Source: Bacilli bacterium
GTDB lineage: Bacteria; Bacillota_I; Bacilli_A; RF39; UBA660
Length of the DNA: 64,000 bases
Direction: 5' to 3'
NCBI GenBank assembly: GCA_017612805.1
Contig: JAGAFD010000005.1
Coordinates: 10,130-74,129 of the forward strand
In this document: positions 20,247 to 30,319 of the stretch, piece by piece
Position numbering within the stretch: the stretch's first letter is position 1
How the letters are laid out: each line of letters opens with the position of its first letter
Notes under the pieces: model-generated
The model's database searches: none
The model's input: only the letters and a program-made list of their open reading frames with translations
Told to the model about the DNA's origin: nothing
Program-made: the position numbers and the translations under genes

Positions 20247-21245
20247 ATGAAAAAAATAATATTGTTAATAACATGTTTATTATTAACGGGGTGTTATAAC
20301 TATAATGAAATTGAAAAGACCGCCATCATTGATGCCATTAGTATTGATTATGAAAATAACTTATATGAAGTAACTTTTGAAGTTATCAAAAATAATGATT
20401 TAGATACCCTTAATTTAAAAGCTATTTATGAATCTGGAAGTGGTTCTAATTTAATTGAAGCTTTCTATAATGTTGAAAAAAAGCTTGATAATAATCCTTT
20501 GTTTTCTCATCTATCATTGATTATTATTAATGATGAAATAATCAAGGATCACTTTGATGATATTAGGGATTTTATTTTAAGAAATCCCAAAATTAATAAC
20601 AATATTTATTTGATGGGTAGTTTTAATAAAGCTAGTGATATTTTAAAAAATAACTCATTAAACGAAATTACAAGTGATGCTATTAAAGGGTTAATTAATA
20701 ACCAATATAATAACTATGTTAATAACTTATCTTTTAATAAAATTGTTAATGATGATATTAGTAATGGTATTTTAAGTGTTATTAATTATTTAGATGTTAA
20801 CAACCATGCTTATTATTTTAATGGTTTTGGTATTATTAAAAATAATCATCATTTTAATAGTGATGATACTAAAATTTATAATATCTTAACAAATAATGTT
20901 ACTAATATCGTTATTAGTAATAATGATGATATTATTCGCATTAATAAAGCTAATACTAAGTATGATTTTAAAAATCATGAAATAAATATTAAGCTTGATA
21001 TTGAACTAGCTAGTATCAAAAATGATTTTAATTTAAAAACTTTTAATAACCTTATTACCAGTAAGATTACCCAATTTTATGAAAATATTAAAAAAGATAA
21101 CTTAGATATTTTAGGAATTAATCAAAAATATTATCAAAGATATGGTAAGAAAAAAGATTATTTTAAAAATGAAGCTTTTAATATAAATGTTAAATTAACG
21201 GTTTTAAAAAATGGTTTAATCTATGAGGTGAAAAATGAAACCTAA
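20247..21245 (+). CDS. spore germination lipoprotein, Ger(x)C family
   Basis: I moved the start to MKKIILLITCLLLTGC (lipobox LTGC) because an AAAGGG RBS precedes it. The gene directly follows the gerA-like gene. Confidence 0.6.
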   Translation: MKKIILLITCLLLTGCYNYNEIEKTAIIDAISIDYENNLYEVTFEVIKNNDLDTLNLKAIYESGSGSNLIEAFYNVEKKLDNNPLFSHLSLIIINDEIIKDHFDDIRDFILRNPKINNNIYLMGSFNKASDILKNNSLNEITSDAIKGLINNQYNNYVNNLSFNKIVNDDISNGILSVINYLDVNNHAYYFNGFGIIKNNHHFNSDDTKIYNILTNNVTNIVISNNDDIIRINKANTKYDFKNHEINIKLDIELASIKNDFNLKTFNNLITSKITQFYENIKKDNLDILGINQKYYQRYGKKKDYFKNEAFNINVKLTVLKNGLIYEVKNET

Positions 21246-22194
21246 ATTAATTATTTATAATACTATGATGCACTCCTTGTTATTTGGCTTAGGTTTTAAT
21301 TTAATAGCATCTATTTCTAAAACCAACTTAATATTAAGTATTATTCTAGGAACATTTTTTAATATTTTATTATTAAGAATATTTAGTAATAAACCTAATA
21401 AATTTCTTAGTATTATAATTAGTTTAATAATCATTATTATTTATATGATTATTTTTTCTACTTACATTACATCTTTTTATCTTATCAATATGCCCTCTTA
21501 CATAATTAATATTTTAATTATTTTATTAACTATCTATATTGTTAGTAAAAGTCCTAATGTTTTAAATAAAGTATGTTTTTTAATTACTATTTTTAATTTA
21601 ATAGTATATCTTATTATGTTTATTACCCTTTTTACAAAGATTAATTATCCTAATTATCTTCCTATAAACCTAAACTTAAGTTTAATTAAAGGAAGTTTAG
21701 TATATAGTGGTATTTCTATTATTCCATATCTTTATTTAGATAATAAACAAAGTTTTAAAGAAAATTTTAAATCATTAATAATCTCTTCTTTTATCACCAT
21801 TATGATAAGTATTTTAGTACTAGGCATATTAGGACCTAACTTTATTATTATTTATCGCTATCCCGAATATATGATCTTAAAAGAAATCAAGTTATTTAAT
21901 TGTATTAATAATTTAGAAAATATTATTGCTTTTATCTTTGGTAATGAAATTTTAATTAGTATGATTCTTTCCCTAAATAATATTAAAAACTTAATCACTA
22001 AAAAAACTAATTATTATTTAATAATTAGTTTATTAATCATTATTAGTTTAATAATCAATGCTAGTTTTATTAATTATTCAAATCAATATATTATTTATTT
22101 TTTAATAATTAGTAGTATTTTATTAATTATTAGTAAAAAGTTTTTTAAATACTTTAATACCTTTATTAATTCCTTTAAGCATAAAAGTATCTAG
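21235..22194 (+). CDS. spore germination protein B-like polytopic membrane protein (short)
   Basis: 319 aa, very hydrophobic multi-TM protein with a GAGGTG RBS. It is the third gene of the ger operon. The A-C-B order is not canonical. Confidence 0.5.
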   Translation: MKPKLIIYNTMMHSLLFGLGFNLIASISKTNLILSIILGTFFNILLLRIFSNKPNKFLSIIISLIIIIIYMIIFSTYITSFYLINMPSYIINILIILLTIYIVSKSPNVLNKVCFLITIFNLIVYLIMFITLFTKINYPNYLPINLNLSLIKGSLVYSGISIIPYLYLDNKQSFKENFKSLIISSFITIMISILVLGILGPNFIIIYRYPEYMILKEIKLFNCINNLENIIAFIFGNEILISMILSLNNIKNLITKKTNYYLIISLLIIISLIINASFINYSNQYIIYFLIISSILLIISKKFFKYFNTFINSFKHKSI

Positions 22195-22449
22195 CGTATT
22201 ACCTATTATATAGCCAGTATTACTAAATAAATTACCATAATCATCTTCCTTAATCGTTTGATACTTTTTTAAATCAAGGGGTTTATTATTCTTAATATCT
22301 TCTTCAAATAAACGCATGTTTTCTTCAGTTAGAATAACTTCATTACGATCATAAGTTGTATTTAAAGAAGAGATATATAATCCGGTATAAATAATAAATA
22401 TTATAAAAATGATTCTTAAAAAATAATTATTCTTTTTGGGTGTTTCCAT
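22123..22449 (-). CDS. small membrane-anchored protein (possible YqxA-like)
   Basis: 108 aa with an N-terminal TM. It lies downstream of spoIIP and is convergent with the gerB-like gene, overlapping its end. Confidence 0.35.
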   Translation of the reverse strand: METPKKNNYFLRIIFIIFIIYTGLYISSLNTTYDRNEVILTEENMRLFEEDIKNNKPLDLKKYQTIKEDDYGNLFSNTGYIIGNTLDTFMLKGINKGIKVFKKLFTNN

Positions 22450-23320
22450 TTAAATATAAATATAATACTTTAGCAACAATATTAAGGGTATTATCTATTT
22501 CTAAAAAAGTATTATATTGTCCTCCTAATTCTAATAAAATCATATTACTAGCTAAATCTTGATTATAGATTCCGTTTACCCCTTTACCATCTTTTAAGGA
22601 TATCCCTCTTGATAAAGAATTATCTTCATTTTTAATTAAGTCATTGATTTGATTAGCTAAATTAAAGTTAGTTAAATAGTTTTCATGTTTTTTACCAACA
22701 ACCAATAATACTTTAGCATAACTATCCCCATTAATAATCGTCGTAGTTTTTTCATAACTAGCCGAATCACGATGAAGATCAATAATTAATTTAGGATTAT
22801 TATTTGCTAAAAAATCTTTAATTAATAATCTAGAAGCTTCATAAGAGTATTTATAGTTCCAATTATTAGCTCTTAAAATCTCCGTAATATTATTTGTTTC
22901 AACATAAGCATTAATTTTATAATCTTTTAGTTTTTCTCTTAAACTATAACTAGCTAGTAAAACGGTTGGATACACATTATACGGATTAATCTTTTGATAC
23001 TGATAACTTTCCGTTTGATGTGAATTATAAATATAAATATCAATATTATTAGCGATATCATTAGTCCCAATATCTTTAATATAATCTCCTAAATAAGTAT
23101 CATCTTTATTACTTGCTTCACTTAAAATAGCATATTTAATAAAGAAATCTTTCTTAAATAAATTAAGCTTAAAATAACTATCAATATTATTAATACTATT
23201 CTTAAAAATAAAATCATAATGATCTTTTAAAAAATAAGTAATAGAAAAACTAATAATTAAAATAATTACTATTTTTAAAATATTAAAGGGTTTTTTAGAA
23301 GCTTTAAATCGTTTTTTCAT
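22427..23320 (-). CDS. spoIIP: stage II sporulation protein P (SpoIIP) family
   Basis: An N-terminal TM, then ...IDLHRDS...NQDL...LLELGG... It sits divergent from rpsT as in Bacillus. Confidence 0.65.
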   Translation of the reverse strand: MKKRFKASKKPFNILKIVIILIISFSITYFLKDHYDFIFKNSINNIDSYFKLNLFKKDFFIKYAILSEASNKDDTYLGDYIKDIGTNDIANNIDIYIYNSHQTESYQYQKINPYNVYPTVLLASYSLREKLKDYKINAYVETNNITEILRANNWNYKYSYEASRLLIKDFLANNNPKLIIDLHRDSASYEKTTTIINGDSYAKVLLVVGKKHENYLTNFNLANQINDLIKNEDNSLSRGISLKDGKGVNGIYNQDLASNMILLELGGQYNTFLEIDNTLNIVAKVLYLYLNGNTQKE

Positions 23321-23382
23321 AAAATCACCATATTTATCATAAATAATTATTATTAAATAATATGTCGATATATTAAAATAAG

Positions 23383-23411
23383 TTGCAAATAATCAAGTTT
23401 TTTGGTAAAAT
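23383..23411 (+). promoter_or_regulatory. sigma-A type promoter for rpsT
   Basis: TTGCAA, a 17-nt spacer, then TGgTAAAAT (extended -10). Confidence 0.55.
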
Positions 23412-23443
23412 CATAATTGTATTTGGAAAAAGGGAGGGACATC

Positions 23444-23707
23444 ATGGCAAATATTAAAAGTAGTAAAAAAGCTATTAAACAAATTGCTAAAAGAACCGAT
23501 AATAATCATGAATTAAAAGCAACTGTAAAAAACAATATTAAAAATTGTGAAAAAGCTATTGCAAGCAACGATAAAGCTAAAGCAACTGAACTTGCAAATA
23601 CTGTACAAAAAAATATTGATCGTGCTGCTAGTAAAGGTTTAATTAAGAAAAATACTGCTGACAGACAAAAATCAAGATTAGCACAAAAAGTTAAAAATAT
23701 GAAATAG
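23444..23707 (+). CDS. rpsT: 30S ribosomal protein S20
   Basis: Reads MANIKSSKKAIKQIAKRT... with an AGGGAGGG RBS. Confidence 0.9.
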   Translation: MANIKSSKKAIKQIAKRTDNNHELKATVKNNIKNCEKAIASNDKAKATELANTVQKNIDRAASKGLIKKNTADRQKSRLAQKVKNMK

Positions 23708-23730
23708 AAGTAAATTACTTCTTTTTTTTT
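23707..23730 (+). terminator. intrinsic terminator after rpsT
   Basis: GAAGTAAATTACTTC followed by T9. Confidence 0.7.
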
Positions 23731-23767
23731 ATATTATTTTTTGTTATATTTAAAATAGGTGACGAAG

Positions 23768-24715
23768 ATGAATAAGAAAGATTTTATCATTAGGACAGGT
23801 TGTATAATAGTTATTATTTTAACAATCTTTTTTCTAAAACCAATAACCGTTGCAATCACAAAACTTTTATATCATGATCCTAAGATTGTTATTCCAGCCA
23901 CTAATATTTATGCCCGTAATTATAATTTTATCTATGTTCAAAAAACTGATGATTTTAGACCATATAATTATCAAGAATTATTAAATATTTATTATTCCAT
24001 ATTAGATAATGGTTGGAGTGAATTTACTTTCTACTGCCCTTCTGAATATGAAAAATGTTTAAAAGATGTTGAAAGTATTAGTAAAGATCAATTAATCTTA
24101 AGTTATATTAATAATTATGTTGCACCATATAACTGTTTTAAAAATATTTATACTTCTTATGATGAAGCGGGTTTAGTAACGATTAAGATAACTAAATTAT
24201 ATAATGACAATCAAATTCAATATATTAATAAAGAATTAACCAAAATCTTAAAAGAACAAATTACCGATGATATGACTGATGAAGAAAAAATTAAAGCCTT
24301 ACATGACTTCATCATCAATAACACTAAATATGATGAAAAAGCAAATGCCCTAGAAGAAATAACTGATGCTTCTACCGCTTATGGCTTACTTAAGAATCAC
24401 TTAGCAACCTGTAATGGTTATAGTGATACGATGGCTCTATTATTAGATCGTTTAGGAATAATGAATTATAAAATAGCCATTGCTCCTACTGTTAATAAAA
24501 CCGGTCATGTTTGGAATGCTGTTAAGCTTAATGATGAATGGGTTCATCTTGACCTAACTTGGGATGATCCATTAAGTAAAGATGGTAAAGATTATTTATA
24601 TCACAAATACTTCTTAGTTGATAATCAAGGATTGATTGATGCTGATCAAGGCGAAGTTGATATTGATAGTCATAACTTTAAAACATCAATTTATTTAGAA
24701 TTTAAAAATCAATAG
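23768..24715 (+). CDS. transglutaminase-like domain protein (membrane-anchored)
   Basis: A Cys-His-Asp core: TCNGYSDTMALL...GHVWNAVKL...VHLDLTWDDP. Confidence 0.65.
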   Translation: MNKKDFIIRTGCIIVIILTIFFLKPITVAITKLLYHDPKIVIPATNIYARNYNFIYVQKTDDFRPYNYQELLNIYYSILDNGWSEFTFYCPSEYEKCLKDVESISKDQLILSYINNYVAPYNCFKNIYTSYDEAGLVTIKITKLYNDNQIQYINKELTKILKEQITDDMTDEEKIKALHDFIINNTKYDEKANALEEITDASTAYGLLKNHLATCNGYSDTMALLLDRLGIMNYKIAIAPTVNKTGHVWNAVKLNDEWVHLDLTWDDPLSKDGKDYLYHKYFLVDNQGLIDADQGEVDIDSHNFKTSIYLEFKNQ

Positions 24716-24720
24716 CTTAG

Positions 24721-25566
24721 CTATTGATTTTTTATATAATTAATAACATCTTCTAAATAAGTATCACTAGTCACATCAAACCATTTTAAATCAAACTGAT
24801 TTTTAAAAAACGTATATTGTCTTTTAATATAATGTCTGGTATTTTTAATAATATTATCTAGTGCTTCTTCTAAACTAATTTGATTATCAAAGTATGGAAA
24901 TAATTCTTTATAACCAATTACCGTTCTTAAAGACTTAGTATCTTTATGGAAATCATAAAAATACCTAGCTTCTTCAATTAATCCCATATCTTTCATTTGG
25001 TATACCCTATTTGCCACTTTTTCATATAAAGCTTCACGATCCATCGTTAAACCAATAAAAATCGTATTAGGATACATTAAATATGCTTCTTCATCAGGTG
25101 CTTTTTCTTTATTTAAAAATCTTACTAAGCGTTTACGATTATTAACATGAATATTCATTTTATCGTCTTTTAAAATAGCTGCATAAAATAAATCTTCATT
25201 AGATAAATCATCATAATCATTCGTAGTATCTTCATCACTAAATTTATAATTATAAAGTAATGATTTGATATATAATCCCGAACCACCAACAATTATATAA
25301 TTCTTATCGGGATTATTATCAATTATTGCTCGAGCATCTTTTTGATAATCATAGATGGAATAATCTTCATCATAGTTTTTAATATCTAGTAAATGATGTT
25401 TAACTAATGCTTGTTCTTCTTTAGTAACTTTAGCCGTAGCAATATCCATTTTTTTATAAACTTGCATACTATCAGCATTAATAATTTCAGCATTAAAAGT
25501 TTGAGCTAGTTTAATACTTAAATCACTTTTACCGACACCTGTTGGTCCACAAACAACGATTAACAT
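24721..25566 (-). CDS. miaA: tRNA dimethylallyltransferase
   Basis: A P-loop, VVCGPTGVGKS, and MiaA-like sequence throughout. Confidence 0.85.
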   Translation of the reverse strand: MLIVVCGPTGVGKSDLSIKLAQTFNAEIINADSMQVYKKMDIATAKVTKEEQALVKHHLLDIKNYDEDYSIYDYQKDARAIIDNNPDKNYIIVGGSGLYIKSLLYNYKFSDEDTTNDYDDLSNEDLFYAAILKDDKMNIHVNNRKRLVRFLNKEKAPDEEAYLMYPNTIFIGLTMDREALYEKVANRVYQMKDMGLIEEARYFYDFHKDTKSLRTVIGYKELFPYFDNQISLEEALDNIIKNTRHYIKRQYTFFKNQFDLKWFDVTSDTYLEDVINYIKNQ

Positions 25567-25580
25567 GATTATCCCTCCTT

Positions 25581-25608
25581 TAAAAAAAAGACTTGATTAC
25601 AAGTCTTA
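25581..25608 (-). terminator. intrinsic terminator
   Basis: AAGACTTG-taat-CAAGTCTT followed by U-run on the minus strand. Confidence 0.6.
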
Positions 25609-25618
25609 TTTTAACATA

Positions 25619-26362
25619 TTATTGATTATTAGTTAAGCTTAAACGTTTATCTTGCATTTCTTGATAAGCTAGTAAGAATTCATAATCATCAGTAAAAGCT
25701 TTTAACATTTGATTACGTTTAGTTAATCTACTTTTAGTTTTTTTATCTTTATTAAAGAAATAACTTGATTTTAATGATCCGTTAGGATTAAACAATTTTA
25801 AAGCTAATTCATGCATTCTTGAGCAAGCTTCACGATCTTTGATACTCATTAATTTATAATCACTAAATTTTTTAAATCTCTTATAAATATAACTGCCATC
25901 ATATTGGCGTAGATAAAAATCTCTTGTTTGATCAATTGCTTCTTCAAAAGCAAAGTTTTCAGAAGAACAATTAGTTTTATCAATAACAATATATTGAGCT
26001 TCATCCAATTCATTTAAGAAATCTAAATCATTAGTACAATAAATACGGAATAAGCTATTATCAATCGCTACATAACAATTATCAGTAATATGCATTTTTT
26101 TCATAATTAATTTTCTTAATTTAATATTATCCGTTTTATTTAATAATTCTTTTTTCGAACCGGTTAAATGATCATCTAATAATCTTAATAAACGATTATT
26201 ATTATCTTGAACAAATTTATATGTATTATCATTAAAACCTGACGTATTCGTATCAACTAATGATTTTTCTGCTCTAAAGATAATTGTATTTAAATTATTA
26301 ATTGCATAATCATCATTATTATTAGCATAATAATGAACAACATAATAATTTACTTGTTCCAT
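25619..26362 (-). CDS. hypothetical protein
   Basis: I moved the start to MEQVNYY because a GGGGG RBS lies 8 nt upstream. Confidence 0.45.
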   Translation of the reverse strand: MEQVNYYVVHYYANNNDDYAINNLNTIIFRAEKSLVDTNTSGFNDNTYKFVQDNNNRLLRLLDDHLTGSKKELLNKTDNIKLRKLIMKKMHITDNCYVAIDNSLFRIYCTNDLDFLNELDEAQYIVIDKTNCSSENFAFEEAIDQTRDFYLRQYDGSYIYKRFKKFSDYKLMSIKDREACSRMHELALKLFNPNGSLKSSYFFNKDKKTKSRLTKRNQMLKAFTDDYEFLLAYQEMQDKRLSLTNNQ

Positions 26363-26490
26363 AAACATTACCCCCTTCTTTAAAAAACACGAGTAATATA
26401 CCACTTTTGTCTACTTTTGTCAAATATTTGTAAATTTTATGGTAATAAATATCTTCGCAGTTTTATAATTTTATTAAAGGAAGGATTTTT

Positions 26491-27033
26491 ATGAAAGTAA
26501 CTATTTTATCTTCACAAAACACTAATATTGATGAAGTTTATCTTAATACTTCACAAAAAATTATTGATTATTTAACTAATATTCCCAATATTGAATTAAA
26601 CTGGGGTTCTGGTACGGCATCAATCATGGGTTTATGTTATGAAGCCTTTAGTAAAAAAGGCTTACCCATTCATGGTTTTACAACTCCTAAATATATTGAT
26701 TTAATAAACGATTTACCGAATGCTGATCATAAAATTTATGATAATACTTTCTTACTTAAACAACACCTTTATCAAGATACCGATTTTATAGTTATCTTAC
26801 CAGGTGGAATTGGTACCGTTTCTGAATTATTATCATTCTTAGAAGAAGCCAGAAGTAATGATGATGCTAAACCAATCATTATTTATAATGAAACAGGCAT
26901 CTTTGATTCAACGATTAATCTATTAAATGATTTAATTAATAATAAATTTAACAATCCTAATGTCCTTGATTATTTAACTATTGCAAATAATCTTGAAGAA
27001 TTTGATAGCATTATAAAAAGAGTTAATTCATAA
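26491..27033 (+). CDS. LOG-family (cytokinin riboside 5'-monophosphate phosphoribohydrolase-like)
   Basis: A PGGxGTxxE motif, ILPGGIGTVSEL. Confidence 0.65.
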   Translation: MKVTILSSQNTNIDEVYLNTSQKIIDYLTNIPNIELNWGSGTASIMGLCYEAFSKKGLPIHGFTTPKYIDLINDLPNADHKIYDNTFLLKQHLYQDTDFIVILPGGIGTVSELLSFLEEARSNDDAKPIIIYNETGIFDSTINLLNDLINNKFNNPNVLDYLTIANNLEEFDSIIKRVNS

Positions 27034-28795
27034 CTCTTTTAAACATTTTTTCTAAATCATAAGTACTAAACTTAATTATTGTTGGTCTACCATGTGGACA
27101 ATTATATGGATTTTCACAATTAACTAACTCATCTAGTAATACTTCCATTTCTTCATGGCTAATATGATAATTAGCTTTAATAGATGTTTTACAAGCAAGC
27201 GTTATTGCTATATGTTCATTGAATTTGATTGGATCAAATTCTTTTTCTTTGACTGAAATTAAATCAATTATTTTACGAATTTGTTCTTCTTCAAAACCTT
27301 CTTTTAACCAAGTTGGATGTTCTTTAACAATAATGGTATTAATTCCAAACTCATCAATGGTAAAACCTATTTCATCTAAATATGCTTTATTATCCATAAC
27401 CGTCATAAACTCGGTACTATTAAGTTCAATCGTAATAGGAAACATTAAACTAGTTCTAAAGTTTTGACGTTCTTTTAATGCTTTAAAATATCTTTCATAA
27501 TTAACCCGTTCTTGAGCTGCATGTTGATCTAGTAAGTAAATACCTTCTTCATTTTCAGCAACAATATAAGTTCCTAAACATAATCCAACCGGATATAGTT
27601 TTAAACTTTTTAATTCTTCGTTAATAACCACTTCTTCTTCATTAGTAGTTCCTAAATCAAAAGTTAATTGTTCATCATTTTTAGTTTCGTAAGAACTACT
27701 TGGTTCACTAACTAAAAAATCTTCATTAATTACTAAACTAGGTTCTTCTACTTCAACAATTTTATTATCTTCAACTACAAAGTCATTTTTAATAGCGCTA
27801 TTAACTAACAAATTAGTTTTTAATAACTTATCAATATTACTTCTAATTAGTTCTTGTAATTCACTTATTTTACCAATTTTAACATCTTGTTTAGTTGGAT
27901 GAATATTAACATCAACTAAAGTTGGATCAGTTTCAATATTAATAATAACTATTGGATACTTAATATCTGGTTTATAAGTATAATAACCATCATTAATTGC
28001 TTTAAATAAATCATAATTCTTAACTAATCGACCATTAACAAAAGTAATCATATGATTCTTATTACTTTTTAATATTTCGGGTTTACAAATAAAACCACTG
28101 ACATTAAAATCATTATTACTACAATTAAGTGCCAGCATATTTTTACATACGTTAGCCCCATATATTTCATTAATTGTTTTTAATAAATTATTACTACCCG
28201 TTGTTTTAACAATTGTTTTGCCATCATTAATTAACGTAAAACTAATATTGGGATAAGAAAAAGCTAACTTTTCAATTAATTCAACAATATATCTTAATTC
28301 CGAAGTAGCATTCTTTAAATATTTTAAACGAGCTGGCGTATTATAAAATAAATTACTTACCGTAATAGTTGTACCTTTTCTAGAACTTCCAACTTCATCT
28401 GTCTCTAATACTCCCCCATGATAAACAATATGACTACCTTTATTATCTTCACCACATGTTTGTAAATCAAATAATGAAACAGCGGCAATTGAAGGAATTG
28501 CTTCACCTCTAAAACCTAAGGTATAAATAAAAAATAAATCATCTTCATTTAATAATTTTGAAGTAGCATGTCTTCCAAAACAAAGTAAGGCATCATCATG
28601 GTTCATTCCGTTACCATCATCGATAACTTTAATACCAGCTAATCCCCCATCGTTTAGTTCAATAATAATATTGGTACTATTTGCATCAATGCTATTTTCT
28701 ACTAACTCTTTAACAACACTACTACACTTTTCAACTACTTCACCAGCCGCAATTTTATTAGCTAGTTTTTCGCTCATTACTTTAATCTTTGCCAA
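27023..28795 (-). CDS. mutL: DNA mismatch repair protein MutL
   Basis: The N-terminal GHKL ATPase reads LANKIAAGEVVEKCSSVVKELVENSIDA, with MutL C-terminus. Confidence 0.9.
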   Translation of the reverse strand: MAKIKVMSEKLANKIAAGEVVEKCSSVVKELVENSIDANSTNIIIELNDGGLAGIKVIDDGNGMNHDDALLCFGRHATSKLLNEDDLFFIYTLGFRGEAIPSIAAVSLFDLQTCGEDNKGSHIVYHGGVLETDEVGSSRKGTTITVSNLFYNTPARLKYLKNATSELRYIVELIEKLAFSYPNISFTLINDGKTIVKTTGSNNLLKTINEIYGANVCKNMLALNCSNNDFNVSGFICKPEILKSNKNHMITFVNGRLVKNYDLFKAINDGYYTYKPDIKYPIVIINIETDPTLVDVNIHPTKQDVKIGKISELQELIRSNIDKLLKTNLLVNSAIKNDFVVEDNKIVEVEEPSLVINEDFLVSEPSSSYETKNDEQLTFDLGTTNEEEVVINEELKSLKLYPVGLCLGTYIVAENEEGIYLLDQHAAQERVNYERYFKALKERQNFRTSLMFPITIELNSTEFMTVMDNKAYLDEIGFTIDEFGINTIIVKEHPTWLKEGFEEEQIRKIIDLISVKEKEFDPIKFNEHIAITLACKTSIKANYHISHEEMEVLLDELVNCENPYNCPHGRPTIIKFSTYDLEKMFKRVMN

Positions 28796-28796
28796 A

Positions 28797-29738
28797 TTAC
28801 ATCACCTTAAATATTGTTTCTCTTACCTCGATTACATCATCTAATTTAGAAATATCTAAATTAGCTGCATCTCTAACACTAACAAACCCAATATTCTTTA
28901 TTACAATATCTTGATTAGTTAATTTTAAATTCATATAAGTACCAGTTGGTTTATCAAATATTTTTTTAATATCTAAACTATTATTAGTATAAAAAGTCAT
29001 ATTACAAACCTTGTCACTATTATTAAATAAAACTATTTTATCTAATTTAACGCCACTATTAGGTTTAACTTGATAGATTAGAGGTTTAATTAATTTATTA
29101 GCGGTTAAACTACTTAAATCTTTAATATATTCATTTTGATAAACTAAACCTGGTGAATCATAAAACACTAAGTTATCTTCTTCAATTTTAATAAAATCAA
29201 GGGTTGTATTAACTGTATTAGAAGTTAATACTAAATCTTTATTAACTAAAGCATTAATTAAACTGGATTTACCACTATTGGTAAAACCTGCAATACATGT
29301 TTTATCTTCACTAATAAAGTTTCTAATTAAATTGATGTTAATACTTTTTAAACTACTAATCGTAATAACATCTTCATTAATTTGATAAATTAATCTTAGT
29401 CTTTTTAAAATATTATTAACTTTAATACTTTTAGGAATAATATCTAATTTTGAAATAACCAATATTTTAGGAACATTAATCTTCTTAAATGTATCAATTA
29501 CTTCACTATTAATATTTAAAATATCTACTAAGAAAACACATTTATTAAATCTTGTATTAATTAAGGTAATAATTTCATCATTATGATAATTAGGTTTTAA
29601 ATTTGATTTTTCACGATAATTTTTCATTCGAAAACAACGCATACATAAATCCATTGTATTAATGTCTTTAACATAACCTACTTTTTCTTCATCAATATTT
29701 TGTAAAACTACCCCACAACCAATACATTTTTTAATCAT
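28797..29738 (-). CDS. yqeH: ribosome biogenesis GTPase YqeH
   Basis: I moved the start to MIKKCIGCG (Zn-finger CxGCG...CxRC) because a GAGGT RBS precedes it. A G-domain with GFTNSGKSSLIN is present. Confidence 0.75.
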   Translation of the reverse strand: MIKKCIGCGVVLQNIDEEKVGYVKDINTMDLCMRCFRMKNYREKSNLKPNYHNDEIITLINTRFNKCVFLVDILNINSEVIDTFKKINVPKILVISKLDIIPKSIKVNNILKRLRLIYQINEDVITISSLKSININLIRNFISEDKTCIAGFTNSGKSSLINALVNKDLVLTSNTVNTTLDFIKIEEDNLVFYDSPGLVYQNEYIKDLSSLTANKLIKPLIYQVKPNSGVKLDKIVLFNNSDKVCNMTFYTNNSLDIKKIFDKPTGTYMNLKLTNQDIVIKNIGFVSVRDAANLDISKLDDVIEVRETIFKVM

Positions 29739-30252
29739 AATATTTACCTCGATAAAATATTCCACGTTTTTCTAATTTTTTAATAATTCTTCTTTCAAAG
29801 AAACGATTGAACTTTGTAAAGAAAAAATCATTAGGACATAATTGATTAACAAAAATAGAAGTAAAACCAACCCGATTAGCACCTAAGATATCCGTCATTA
29901 ATTGATCCCCAATACATGCAATTTCGGTATCTTTAAAATTATATAATTTCATAATTTTTAAATACTTACATTTAAGAGGTTTTTTAGAAGAAAAAGAAGT
30001 ATCAACATTTAAATTTTCTTTAAATGGTTTTAATCTTTTTTTACCACTATTAGAAAAGATGATTACTTTAAAACCAATATCTTCTAAATAAGCAAATAAC
30101 TCTTTAACACGGGTTTCAATCTTTGAAGAATCAATCGGTGCTAAAGTATTATCTAAATCAAATAATAAACATTTAATACCACGTTTTTTTAACTTTTTAT
30201 AATCAATTGTATGAATGCTTTGCGCATAAATATCAGGAATAAACAAATCCAT
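29731..30252 (-). CDS. yqeG: HAD-IIIA phosphatase, YqeG family
   Basis: The HAD motif LLFDLDNTL is present and the gene sits upstream of yqeH as in Bacillus. Confidence 0.65.
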   Translation of the reverse strand: MDLFIPDIYAQSIHTIDYKKLKKRGIKCLLFDLDNTLAPIDSSKIETRVKELFAYLEDIGFKVIIFSNSGKKRLKPFKENLNVDTSFSSKKPLKCKYLKIMKLYNFKDTEIACIGDQLMTDILGANRVGFTSIFVNQLCPNDFFFTKFNRFFERRIIKKLEKRGIFYRGKYYD

Positions 30253-30319
30253 ACTACCACCACTAAAATTATATCATAAATTATTTATTTAATTAATAGT
30301 TTTTAATAAGGAGCATTTA

